DNA of 64,000 nt from Sedimentisphaerales bacterium (GCA_963708075.1 OY970194.1:3232001-3296000); one strand, 5' to 3'. Positions 40,501 to 48,653 are shown, numbered from the stretch's first letter. Made by a program: numbers and translations. Notes: a model not told the origin generated them from the letters alone.

Positions 40501-41492
40501 TCGCGGATCTGGTCCGTGGTGATATCCTTATGCATCAGGTCCAGCATCCTCTGCGAGCCGCTCTCCACGCCGAAGTAGAATCCCTTCGCCCCCGCCCTCG
40601 CCATCAATTGCACCAGCTCCTCGCTGAGGTTGGACACCCGCGTCTCGCACACCCAGGAGATGCCCAGGTTTTTGCGCTGCAGCAGGCCGCAGAACTCCCT
40701 CAATCGCCCTTCGTTCAGGGTGAAATTGTCTTCCCGGAAGTAGATTCCCTTGGCCCCGTACTTGTGAACGAGATGCTCGATGTCCGAGACAATCCGCTCG
40801 GCACTGAAGGAGGTGTATTTCCTGCCCCAGACCGAGTTGACCGAACAGAAGGCGCAGCGGAACGGGCAGCCGCGACTCGTATTCATCGTGAAGACGGGGG
40901 CGTCACCGATCAGCTTCATGCTCCAGTCGTAGGGCAGATCGATGAAGCAGTCCCACGCCGGCATCGGGAGCGTATCCAGATCGTCGATCCGCGGGTAGCG
41001 GACGATGCGATCCGTGACCTTGCCCGCGACGATGTCCCGGATGGCGTACTCGCCCTCGCCCTGCACGATGAAGTCCACGAAGCCGGGAATCGTCTGCGGC
41101 GCCACGGCGGCATGAGGTCCGCCCACGACGATCTTGCCCCGCCATTTTCCCGTCTCCCTCAGCCGCTGCATGGCGTGGAGCATCCGAAGCGTGTCGCGAA
41201 AACAGATCGTGTTGGCGTAAATGCCCACAAAGTCGATGGCGTTCTTTTGGAGGTATCCGGTTTCGAGAAAGTCGCTGGGTTGCAGGTAGTTGTCGATGAA
41301 GGACACCTTGTGCCCGGCATCGCGCAGCACGGAGATCAGGAAGCCGATCCCTATGGGCGGCCGCTTCTCCCGCGTCGAAAACGGCGACTGCGCCGGCGCC
41401 GCCGAAGTGACCAGCAGGACTCGCCGGCCGCCGGAATGCCCTTCCCCATGGTTTGTACCGGACAAGATGACCCCGCTTTCTTTTGGATCCAT
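34590..41492 (-). CDS. giant multidomain protein: B12-binding radical SAM + GT2 + GT4 + GT2 + degenerate GT2 + TPR + GT2 (~2300 aa)
   Basis: Motifs SRGCPFRCAFC, GVESGSQ and VVGGPHA; three DADD-type GT2 domains; GT-B motif EGHPVNILE. Start placed at MDPKESG behind a GAGG RBS. Confidence 0.9.
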   Translation of the reverse strand: MDPKESGVILSGTNHGEGHSGGRRVLLVTSAAPAQSPFSTREKRPPIGIGFLISVLRDAGHKVSFIDNYLQPSDFLETGYLQKNAIDFVGIYANTICFRDTLRMLHAMQRLRETGKWRGKIVVGGPHAAVAPQTIPGFVDFIVQGEGEYAIRDIVAGKVTDRIVRYPRIDDLDTLPMPAWDCFIDLPYDWSMKLIGDAPVFTMNTSRGCPFRCAFCSVNSVWGRKYTSFSAERIVSDIEHLVHKYGAKGIYFREDNFTLNEGRLREFCGLLQRKNLGISWVCETRVSNLSEELVQLMARAGAKGFYFGVESGSQRMLDLMHKDITTDQIRDAFRWCRESGIKTIASTVIGVPGETEADLHETNELLEEIKPTRVWRNVFTGIPYSDLYHTAVKERLYEYIDDRDIVYLQGHNERVKRYYEDQWNACIPDTEQNKDWTNKPKISVLMAVHNGEKFLPQALESIYRQTCQDFEFIIVDDASSDRTPEILLDGKDSRTAIYRNAQRQGLTKSLNVGLKLCRGEYIARMDADDVSLPQRFEKQSKVLEGNPACLVVGCWCARIDAEGKVCGQWRLPTEPADIKAELVARNRMAHGTAMVRRSALIEAGGYDERFQFAQDYDLWLRLSEIGELRNIGEYLYALRRWEGAITNAKKEMQDQYAEYARQEAQRRETPGSQICTGAAVPVQATRLKIAILPHKNNLSFMGEILAHLRASHDVWVVDCNEKQDIARALQTADVCWIEWATDFAVRVTKQPRRCRTILRLHSFEAFCSFPQKIHWENVDDLIFVSPYIRDVLKDQVPDIETRVRTHVVPNCVDLTRFNFVDRARGKSLAFVGSLRPAKNLPFLMQCLREILAADPGYTLHIAGELFGDELHQGELKHYLRHIERELWIQDRVFYYGRVDDVSSWLDDKDFILSTSIREGHPVNILEGMAKGLKPVIHNYPGAGSCYPEKWIFNTAQECRDIVLSADFDRREYLACVQERWSTEQVLPQIDAVLYSVAANRPQDHLSPMFSVPTQATRLQGNPFDPSGAQTTPTGPVSLGRPKVTVVTACYEAEAFLPQCIDSILAQTMPDWELFLLDDGSTDGTRRIIEDYAQRDPRIKAFCFDDNKGPYVRRNYAMGRAAADFIVIHDADDIMAPNKLERLHKAITEDDRLGIVGSFYRMFLDGSPDAEHTEDVPLATTHEQILDMYRTYGTSDFCPHGIAIIRKRLFEEIGPYDENPFGSDSFWLLKAVEYACRIDAVRFRNIPEFLTLRRMHLNSQTEKLPSFDPRSPRAKFRDYRRSQIRKLRERLDANPNTDIRAELRQSICNDFVARHGHLFQQWANEPLTSRIAEEFIARIFSQFTKGQFVRCIETCGIVERLVEDAARSVRCYDLVRGLAYFALALPEQSRQCLQREFETHGTQVARDFCRRYLERQDICWTRAQRHEIVRDVAFGTVKKDTLQAVRLCPVEPLMDCRNGHTVHLSIVVEVGENVAQCHELFRRLNEQTEKAFEVIALVPPACRQVLDSLVARLDFGVLLMAREAEASRWEQRNAAAAHARGQFIAFLDEHTIPENSFVQGVLDRFGRYDINGLRGRILGRPGEDQPRRYNLGEVAVYAACDTDEFCAFRKDTLTRLGGFPPTAFHRGAIQLSYRIYTDGEGPQRPILYCPEIVVRYTGPQRQHACPVDEFSLENRLCIEHLKQMRQGEPKEEQTELAFLRFVESLYAAQGRAEEEQYRQGKDNALFFERLFPALAVEWGEKALACKPDSPKAHYAVGASYVRLGKPDRAQGHFEATLDCLEGQLALGRLDRGQSEFMDYTNLGECYVASCTLLAQCYAQQNRYEDVHRVYGRLLGNPHVKVPPDQKRKMLNVRERLNRMRSSSLARGAAVRCVSSMRTDTQAVRPVQAGSPGPKVTIVTACRNCETHLSECIESVRGQSLQEWELLLLDDGSTDGTREIIDRYARLDPRIRPYHFEDNRGPYVRRNFAISQAASDFIVIQDADDIMSPAKLETLHREISQDPRLAMVGSCYRTFLDHWRGLEYTECNDLPPAQEEIIERFTSWRHGMSHGSAMIRKSLFDEIGPYDENPFASDSFWSAKLGEYIRRTARWKVKNVPEYLTFIRVHAMSQTHQVSTFDPRNKRARYRQYCECKLQKIREKIQAEPSGDIGRQLRECNCSDFLLRFKAHIPIWESEPLDRRLLQQLLESAVWLFNHAYHISCASMLNGIEAMDRGLARRMRNFDLLRAMALHALDMKEQSLPHLHREVENHDSAAAREFLQDYFERGITTDVRQWCADHGDRFELEMIDTGPVTAGATVTLKS

Positions 41493-41499
41493 CACAAGA

Positions 41500-43092
41500 C
41501 TACCTCTTCTGGGCTGCGAGAATCCCGAATTGCCTGTCCACGAGCTGAGCTGACCCAAAGACTGTTTTCAGAAGCGCACCTATTTCCGCCTCGGAATACT
41601 CGCGGATGTGAGCATATGTCGAGGTCTGCACTCCCTTGCCTGTCAGCGGCGTGCTCAGAATCAGCATCCCGCCGGGTTCGAGCACCCGGTGGATCTCATG
41701 GAGCGTTTTGGCCAGTTGGACGGGCAGCAGATGTTCCGCCACCTCTGACAAAACGACATTCGTGAATGATCTGTCCGCGAATCGCAGGCAGGTCGAGTTG
41801 GAATAGATGAATTGGAGTGTCGGATGCTCCTTTGCCGCGATCTCCACCGCCTCCGTCGAGTAATCACAGCCGACCACATTTGGGCATTTGCGGGCAAGCA
41901 GGCCCGTGATCATGCCTTCTCCGCATCCCACGTCGAGAACGCGGTCCTCGCCGTCCACAAGTGACGCGATTCGCCGGCCGCGTTCACTGACATACTCGCT
42001 GATCTTTGCCGGCATGCCGTGGAGGGCCGCCCGTTCCCTCTGATGAAAATCCCAGGTGTCGCTATACCGTTTCCGGATCACTCTCGCGGGCGAGCCCGCC
42101 GCGATGCACGCCATGGGGACGGATTTCGTGACCGTGGAGTTGGCGCCGATGACGGCCCCTTTGCCTAGCGTGACATCGTCGCACAGGACAGCACCCGCCC
42201 CGAGCCAGTTGTCGCCCATTAGAAAGATTCCTCTTCCGACATTCGGCTGCTTGGTGATCGGGACATCGAAACTGTCGAAGGTGTGGTTCTGGGCGTACAG
42301 GCCGCAGTGAGGGGCGATGATCGTCCAGTCGCCGACGTAGATGCCGCCCTTGGCGTGAAAGACGGTGTAGTGATTGAGCACGCAGTGGTCGCCAATGACG
42401 ATCTCGCCGCCTTCCGCTCGAAGGACGACGCCCTTGCGAATCACGCAGTTGGCGCCGATCCGGACGTGCTGCGGCGAATCGATCACAACATCCGGGTCGA
42501 TGAATGTATTGGCGCCACAGGAGATAGAGACGCAATCCTTGTCGAGGCCTCTTACAGAGCACGTGACGGCCGGCGCGGTCGGCTCCGGCTTCTCGTCGAT
42601 GGGCCCAAGCTGTTCCAGCAATGCCTGGAGTCGTCCGACCTTGCGATACAAGGAGTGTCTTACCAGCACGAACCTGCCCGTTTCCGAGATGCTCAGCTCG
42701 TTGCCGGAATCCTCAAGTTCCCGGATGGATTCGTCCATGGCGTCCATGCGGAAGTCGAAGATCTCCCGCACGAAGAGTAGATACGTGCCTCGTGCCGACG
42801 CGGCACAGAGATCCATCAGAGAGCCGGACGACGCCGTCCCAGGGAGATCGATGAGGCGGACATTGGACATGGATATCCGGGCTGGAAGTCTCTCAGCGTC
42901 TGCCACCGTGTTGCCGAGGACAATCTCATAACCGCCGGTTATGTCCTGTCCGCTCAGTCGTGCCACATAGGCCATCAACTCGGATCGCGGAGACGAGGCC
43001 GGCAGGATGATGGAACACCGCACGCAAGCCCGGCCCGCAGAACGAGCGTCCGCCACGACGGCGGATTTGCTTTCAGGATACGTGCTTTCCAT
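41500..43092 (-). CDS. fusion protein: degenerate GT2-like N-terminus + hexapeptide (LbH) acyltransferase + class I SAM methyltransferase
   Basis: Hexapeptide repeats (IGANCVI, IGDHCVL, LGKGAVIGANSTV, AGSPARVIR), then VLDVGCGEG and LEPGG. Confidence 0.85.
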   Translation of the reverse strand: MESTYPESKSAVVADARSAGRACVRCSIILPASSPRSELMAYVARLSGQDITGGYEIVLGNTVADAERLPARISMSNVRLIDLPGTASSGSLMDLCAASARGTYLLFVREIFDFRMDAMDESIRELEDSGNELSISETGRFVLVRHSLYRKVGRLQALLEQLGPIDEKPEPTAPAVTCSVRGLDKDCVSISCGANTFIDPDVVIDSPQHVRIGANCVIRKGVVLRAEGGEIVIGDHCVLNHYTVFHAKGGIYVGDWTIIAPHCGLYAQNHTFDSFDVPITKQPNVGRGIFLMGDNWLGAGAVLCDDVTLGKGAVIGANSTVTKSVPMACIAAGSPARVIRKRYSDTWDFHQRERAALHGMPAKISEYVSERGRRIASLVDGEDRVLDVGCGEGMITGLLARKCPNVVGCDYSTEAVEIAAKEHPTLQFIYSNSTCLRFADRSFTNVVLSEVAEHLLPVQLAKTLHEIHRVLEPGGMLILSTPLTGKGVQTSTYAHIREYSEAEIGALLKTVFGSAQLVDRQFGILAAQKR

Positions 43093-43423
43093 AGGTCCTC
43101 AGCATCTGTCTGCCCCGCCGGACAGCCTGGAGAGAAGTGGACGTTTCCTCGCGCTGTGCGGTCAGCGTTAGACAGAGCTCCTGGTAGAGCTGCAGAAGAC
43201 ACTGGCGAGGGTCATTGCCGCCAAGCTCTGAGAGCGTGCCCGATGCCAGAATCGCACGTACGAGATGGCCGGTATGCTCACACAGGCCCTCCGCAGCGGC
43301 TAAACGGCCCTGATGCACCAGCTTTAGCTGCTCTTCCAGCAACTCGTGCAACTTATCAAGCATCGCCTTGGCATCTGCCGTGGCTGCCCCGTTCGGTTGT
43401 TCGCCTGTACATTCGTCGCTCAT
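43073..43423 (-). CDS. small helical protein, FliT/FlgN-like chaperone candidate
   Basis: 116 aa, all-helical pattern, C-terminal RRGRQMLRTYG. It overlaps both neighbours. Confidence 0.55.
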   Translation of the reverse strand: MSDECTGEQPNGAATADAKAMLDKLHELLEEQLKLVHQGRLAAAEGLCEHTGHLVRAILASGTLSELGGNDPRQCLLQLYQELCLTLTAQREETSTSLQAVRRGRQMLRTYGKHVS

Positions 43424-44037
43424 CGGACCTCCGCATTCATATGGTCAACTTCTTCCAGGAGATTGGCGGCATCGCGGTGGGTCGGCTCCAGGGCCAGGAG
43501 GTTCAGCAGCATGGCCTTCGATCGCTCCGGCCGGCCGTCTTTCAAAAGCAGCGCCGCCAGGGCGAACATCACCGACGTGTCGCCCGGATGCATCTGGAGA
43601 TACACCTCCAGGTAGTAGATGATCTTCCCAAAGGACCCCATCTCACAAGAGACCTGGAACATGCCGAGCAAGGCCGTGATATTGTCCGTGTCGAGTTCCA
43701 GCGATTTCATGTAGAGATCGAAAGCCTGGGGGAAATCCCGCCGCTGCTGTGCGATCATCGCCAGGCCGGCGTAGGCCTTGGCGCACTTCGGGTCGAGCCG
43801 ACAGGCCACGCGAAACGCGATCTCCGCGTCATCCAGCTTGTGCTTCTGCATTGCCGCCACGCCCAGTCCCACGTAAGGCCCCGGCTCATCGGGCCCGAGC
43901 GAAGCCGCCTTCTCATAGCAACGCTGGGCCTGGTTGTAATTGCCGGTGGAAGTATAACAGTCCCCCAGCTCGCGCAAGACCTCGTAGTGCTGTGTGTGCC
44001 TGTGCCGATCCATATCGTTCATTCGTGCTGTAGTCAT
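43420..44037 (-). CDS. tetratricopeptide repeat protein
   Basis: Repeated LG..Y...G.Y..A...Y.KA..L.P TPR pattern. Confidence 0.9.
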   Translation of the reverse strand: MTTARMNDMDRHRHTQHYEVLRELGDCYTSTGNYNQAQRCYEKAASLGPDEPGPYVGLGVAAMQKHKLDDAEIAFRVACRLDPKCAKAYAGLAMIAQQRRDFPQAFDLYMKSLELDTDNITALLGMFQVSCEMGSFGKIIYYLEVYLQMHPGDTSVMFALAALLLKDGRPERSKAMLLNLLALEPTHRDAANLLEEVDHMNAEVR

Positions 44038-44043
44038 GAATAT

Positions 44044-45735
44044 CTAAGCCCCGAAGTTCTTAAAACGGCTCGACGATGTCGAACAGCAGTCTCTTTCCGG
44101 ATGAGCCGGAATATATACGTGAGTCCCGAGCATCTGCTCGGCCTGGCAGAGCAGCCGGATCGCCGCGATGAAATCCTCTTTCCGGCGGCAGATGTTGGCT
44201 TCCAGCAGCAACGTGTCCACCGTCGGACGTTCCCGATTCACCTGGCCGCTCAGCCGGCCCGCCCTGAGATGGTCCCCCGCCTCGAAGTACGCCCGGGCGG
44301 CCATCGTCGTCATCCACAGTTGATTGCCGAAGCGCTGGCCCATGCGCTCGAACAGCCGAGCCGCCGCAGTCCATTCGCCGTCGGCCTCGGCCTGTTTGGC
44401 CTGGCGCAGCAACTCGTCGAACTGGAACGGGAGTTCCTCCTCGTTCGGCCGGCGCACCGGGATATTTGCGGCCGCGAGCGACGCCTCCACGGCCAAGTGC
44501 CTGTGGGCCCTTCGCGCCTGGTCCAGATCGGTCCGCCGCAGCACGGCCGCCCAGGATTGCGGGGTGGCGCCTTCCAGCAGGAAGCCCTCCTGGGCCGTGC
44601 TGTGCATCAGGGCGTAAAGGGACTTCTCCACCCACATCTCCTCGACGGCCATATTCCCCGGCAGGGTCGCCACGTAGTCGCCTTCGCACCTGGGCAGCGT
44701 TGCGTCGAGTCGGTCGGCCATGGAGCTGAGCGGATTCACCGGCACGAGCTCGACATTGGGCATCTGGACATTCAACCGGCCCATATCCGCAGCCGGCAAA
44801 GGAATCAAGAGCTTGTACGGATAGAATGTATATCGCCAGACGCGCAGCATCACGTTGACGGTCTGCTCGTCCAGCTTGTCCGCCAGGAGAATGATGGACA
44901 AGTCCTTCATCTTCGGCCAGGGTTTGGCCGGCCGGGTCGTGCGAATCTCCAGGATGTTCCGCAGGTACTCCTGCGGGTCCTTGCGCTGCCGGCAGGAGAT
45001 ACGGTCGGATTCCCCCGCCGGACTGTAGAACTCCCCGGTGACGATGGGGACATGATGGAAATCCGAGAAGAACGAAAGCCGGCGAGTGATGTCCCAGTCG
45101 ATGAGGATGTTCAACTGCTCGTTGTACAAGCCGGTCCTGTCGAGCAGGTCCCGCCGGTGCATCAGGGAGACGTGCAGGACGTGGTTGAAGTGAAGCATCA
45201 GGAAGGGGTCAAAGTCCCGGCTGATCTCCACCTGCTTGCTCAGGACCCGCCGGTCCCCGCCGGGCATCACCTCGCAACAGGTCTTGTACAGGTCGCTGTA
45301 CGCCGCCTGGCAGTCCGTCGGGCCTTCCAGGGCATCGACCAGCGTCCTGACATGATCCGGATAGTACACGTCATCGTCATCGAGATAGGCCACATACTTG
45401 CCTCGGGCCCGGGCCAGGGCCTCGTTCAGCGAGAACGGCTTGCCGCGATTCTCTTTACGGTCGATGAAAACTACGCGGGAATCGGGAAACGATCGAACGA
45501 CGTCACCGACCTCTTCCCCGCCGTCGCGGACGATGAATATCTCCAGATCGCGGTAGGTCTGCCGCAGCACGCTGGCGAGCGCCTCTGCCAGGTACCGGCG
45601 CCGGTTGTACGTAGGCAGCAGAACAGTGACCAGCGGCCCGCGTTTGCCGCTCTCGGCGGACACTCGCCGGGAACGCACGGGGCGGTAGTCCCGCCATGCG
45701 TTGAAAGGATCGGGCATCACTGGTGGAAAGGTCAT
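44044..45735 (-). CDS. glycosyltransferase family 2 with C-terminal TPR-like region
   Basis: Motifs VTVLLPTYNR and YVAYLDDDD. Confidence 0.9.
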   Translation of the reverse strand: MTFPPVMPDPFNAWRDYRPVRSRRVSAESGKRGPLVTVLLPTYNRRRYLAEALASVLRQTYRDLEIFIVRDGGEEVGDVVRSFPDSRVVFIDRKENRGKPFSLNEALARARGKYVAYLDDDDVYYPDHVRTLVDALEGPTDCQAAYSDLYKTCCEVMPGGDRRVLSKQVEISRDFDPFLMLHFNHVLHVSLMHRRDLLDRTGLYNEQLNILIDWDITRRLSFFSDFHHVPIVTGEFYSPAGESDRISCRQRKDPQEYLRNILEIRTTRPAKPWPKMKDLSIILLADKLDEQTVNVMLRVWRYTFYPYKLLIPLPAADMGRLNVQMPNVELVPVNPLSSMADRLDATLPRCEGDYVATLPGNMAVEEMWVEKSLYALMHSTAQEGFLLEGATPQSWAAVLRRTDLDQARRAHRHLAVEASLAAANIPVRRPNEEELPFQFDELLRQAKQAEADGEWTAAARLFERMGQRFGNQLWMTTMAARAYFEAGDHLRAGRLSGQVNRERPTVDTLLLEANICRRKEDFIAAIRLLCQAEQMLGTHVYIPAHPERDCCSTSSSRFKNFGA

Positions 45736-47183
45736 CTCTGGTTCACGCTGGTCTGTGGGCCGGACATGGTGAGCGATTGCAGGTCAATCTCCGTCTCGAG
45801 CTGCGTGAGAATCCCGTTGACCTTCTTGAGCTGTTCCTGCAGCGGATAACGTTCCTGCACGAACCGGCGGTAATTCTGGGGCTGGTAATCCTGGGACAGG
45901 ACCTGCTCGCAGAACTGCTCGGCGATATTGAACAGGTATGCGGACGGGAACAGCTTCTCGGCCCCCGGAAAGTTGTGGATCACCGGCTTCAGGCCGCAGG
46001 CCATGCCGGCCAGCAGCGCCTCCACCTGGTGCTCGCCGATCCCGCCGGCGATGACGAAGTGCTTGTCGCTGAGCCAGGCATTCAGGTCCCCCGGGTACGG
46101 CTCGAAGAAGACGACCCCACCCAGGCCCAGGGTCTGAACCATGTACCGGACGTATTGTTCCAGCGAGGGGCTCTCGAAGACTCCCGAGAAAAACAGGTGA
46201 TATTGAGGATCGATGTAGTGCAGCTTCTGCATGCATTGAAGCAGGAAGGCGGGGTTGGCCTCCATCGTGAGGCAGCCCATACATGCAAGAGCCTTGCCGT
46301 GCGTTCGCGTGCGGAAGAGATAACGGTCCAGGTTCACGCCGTTCGGCACGACCACCAGGCGCGTCCGATTGCGGATATCAGGCACGTGGGGCAACAGCGT
46401 CTCCTCCACGGCCGAGCTTCCGATCTCAACCAGGATGTCCACGTCCTCCCACCGGACCTGTTTGGCCCAACGGTCGCGGATGTCGCAGCGGCGCAGGCTG
46501 ACAATCACCTTCTTCCGCTCGACCCGTCGGGACGCCTCCACGAGCATCTCGCCTCCCCCATCGAACCAGCAGATGTCGGCCCACTGCATCAGCTCGGCCA
46601 GCTTGCCGGAGTCTGTCCCGGCGTGGAACTCAGTCGTAAATCGCTGACGCACGAATTCGCACACATCGGCGAGGACCCCGTCCTCGGCACTGCCGCCGCG
46701 GAAGAACGCCACCTTCGGCCTCTTGCCGCGGACCACATCGAGGATCGGTTTGAGCACCTCCTGCTCCGGCCATAAGCGGTACGAGCGGAGAAGCACCTCC
46801 ACGGCCTGGCCCTTCTTGCCCTGGTCGAGCAGCATGGTGGCTGTGCGGTTGAGGACTTCAATGTTCAGGATGCCCAACCGCTCCATATTCTCGAACAGTT
46901 CCGCCGCCTCGCCGGCCATCCCGCCGCCGAGATATGCCTCTACAAGATTCCAGATGATCTCGCCACTACCGCCGTTGAGATCGCGGGCCCGCATGAGGCA
47001 GGCAATCGCGTCGTCGGTCCGGCCCAGGCAGTGCAGGATGGCCCCCGCGTCGTTCAGGGCCTGCACGTCGTGCGGTGTGGTCCGCAGGTGCTCGCGGATG
47101 CAGTTGAGTCCCTCCTGGTACTTGCCCTTCTCGGCAAGCTGCAAACCTCTCTGGTAGTAGCTCAAGTCCGTCTGTGTTGCCAT
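45732..47183 (-). CDS. TPR + GT-B (GT4-like) protein, possibly catalytically degenerate
   Basis: N-terminal TPRs, then VVPNGVNLD and GMACGLKPVIHNFPGA. Start placed at MATQTD behind an AAGGAG RBS. Confidence 0.85.
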   Translation of the reverse strand: MATQTDLSYYQRGLQLAEKGKYQEGLNCIREHLRTTPHDVQALNDAGAILHCLGRTDDAIACLMRARDLNGGSGEIIWNLVEAYLGGGMAGEAAELFENMERLGILNIEVLNRTATMLLDQGKKGQAVEVLLRSYRLWPEQEVLKPILDVVRGKRPKVAFFRGGSAEDGVLADVCEFVRQRFTTEFHAGTDSGKLAELMQWADICWFDGGGEMLVEASRRVERKKVIVSLRRCDIRDRWAKQVRWEDVDILVEIGSSAVEETLLPHVPDIRNRTRLVVVPNGVNLDRYLFRTRTHGKALACMGCLTMEANPAFLLQCMQKLHYIDPQYHLFFSGVFESPSLEQYVRYMVQTLGLGGVVFFEPYPGDLNAWLSDKHFVIAGGIGEHQVEALLAGMACGLKPVIHNFPGAEKLFPSAYLFNIAEQFCEQVLSQDYQPQNYRRFVQERYPLQEQLKKVNGILTQLETEIDLQSLTMSGPQTSVNQR

Positions 47184-47356
47184 CGGCCGTACTCCTTCTG
47201 ACAATCTATTCCCTGAGGGCGCCATTGCTTCAGATTCCTGCAAATTGCATGCCGTGAGGCGAAACCGCGATGGGAATCGATGGAAGTGGCGTCTGCTGTT
47301 CTCCCTGGATAGAAATCAGACACCCGTGTCTGCAAACCAGCCGAAAGGTGAGGCAC

Positions 47357-47430
47357 GGGTACCACGCTTTCGCTCGCGTAAGCGTGCCGCTGGGCGTGAT
47401 CATGTCCATGCTAGCGTGCACATGGCACCC
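47357..47430. repeat. REP-like palindrome, GGGTGCCATG family, copy 2
   Basis: GGGTACCACGCTTTCGCTCGCGTAAGCGTG ... CATGTCCATGCTAGCGTGCACATGGCACCC, similar to 31159-31238. Confidence 0.8.
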
Positions 47431-47463
47431 AGTGAGGACCTGACTTTCATAGGGGTAGAGGCT

Positions 47464-48651
47464 TTACTGGATAAAGTCCAATAATGACGTGCTCATCAAC
47501 CTGCCGGCCACGGAGAGCGACATCTGGTAGAGCACTTCCCGGCGGGAAAGGTCGATGGCAATCTGCGCGATGTCCGCCTCCTGCAGCCGTGTCGTCTCAT
47601 CCGTCGTGTTGAACTGCATGCTTTCGAGGTTGTCCTTGAGTGTGTTCAGGAATGCGACCTTCGAGCCGGTGGACACCTCCATCTGCACCAGAAGGTTGCG
47701 GACCTCCTCGACGCCGGCAACCCCCTTATCGATGTAGTCCTGCAGTTCTGTGGTGGATACCCCTCGCTCGTTGAGAAGGATGTCTCTCAGGCTGATCAGG
47801 GTCCCGAACACATCGTACGTTCCCGGCACGCGGACCAACTCGACACCGGTGCTGTGTATTCCCGTCGTGTCCACATACAAGACGCGACCGGTGCGGGAAT
47901 CTGTCACGGCCTGGCTGGTTTCTCCGCCGGCGGGCACCGTCACAAAGCTGGCCCCGTCGTCGATGGAGATGCGATAGTTCGTGCCATCGTGGTCCACGGT
48001 CAGCCAGACATCCCCCTGGACATTGGAGGTCCCCGTCCCGGCGGCGGCGCCCGTCTGGCCCAGAAAGATCGGCTCGCCGCGATCATCGTTGCGAAAAATG
48101 GCGTCGCCAACGTGATAGGCCTCGATGTCCAGGCCCGGCGCCACGTCGATGTTGCGGGACTCGTCACTGCCCTGGTAGGTCACCTGTGTAATCTTGCCCC
48201 CCTCGCGCACCACGCTGTATGGGGCGGAGCTTGTGTTGTTGCCTCCAAAGAGGTACTGATTCGCATGCTGGGTGTTGGCCAGCGAGACCAACTGTTCCAG
48301 CGTGTTGTTCAGCTTGTCGGCAATTCGCTTTTGCCCATCCAGGTCGTGGACGCCGCCGACGATCTGCGTCAGCAGCGTTCGGGTGCCCGCCAGCTCGGAG
48401 GCCATATCCGTGATGATCGTCGAGGAGATCTCCAGGTTGCCGATCAGTTCCGTGACGTTTTCCTTATAGCTGGCCAACGACCGATCCTGGGAGTTCAGCC
48501 CCAGAATGCGATACGCATCGGAGGGGCTGTCTGAGCCGCGGTTGACCCGATTGCCCGTGGCAGCCTGTTCCTGCAGCCGGGTGATCGCCCTGCCGTGCAG
48601 TTGCAGGGCGTACCGGACGTTTTCGGAGATGCTGGTTAGCGATCCGCTCAT
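47464..48651 (-). CDS. flgL: hook-associated protein 3 FlgL
   Basis: Motifs LQEQAATGNRVNRGSDSP, ANQYLFGG and TSLLDFI. Confidence 0.95.
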   Translation of the reverse strand: MSGSLTSISENVRYALQLHGRAITRLQEQAATGNRVNRGSDSPSDAYRILGLNSQDRSLASYKENVTELIGNLEISSTIITDMASELAGTRTLLTQIVGGVHDLDGQKRIADKLNNTLEQLVSLANTQHANQYLFGGNNTSSAPYSVVREGGKITQVTYQGSDESRNIDVAPGLDIEAYHVGDAIFRNDDRGEPIFLGQTGAAAGTGTSNVQGDVWLTVDHDGTNYRISIDDGASFVTVPAGGETSQAVTDSRTGRVLYVDTTGIHSTGVELVRVPGTYDVFGTLISLRDILLNERGVSTTELQDYIDKGVAGVEEVRNLLVQMEVSTGSKVAFLNTLKDNLESMQFNTTDETTRLQEADIAQIAIDLSRREVLYQMSLSVAGRLMSTSLLDFIQ

Positions 48652-48653
48652 GA

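Noticed and set aside
47322..47357. GCAAACC-AGCC-GAAA-GGT..GG, resembling the P1/GNRA part of a c-di-GMP-I riboswitch
   Set aside because: It is antisense to the flanking genes, lacks the downstream conserved part, and runs directly into a REP element. An Infernal/Rfam scan would settle it.
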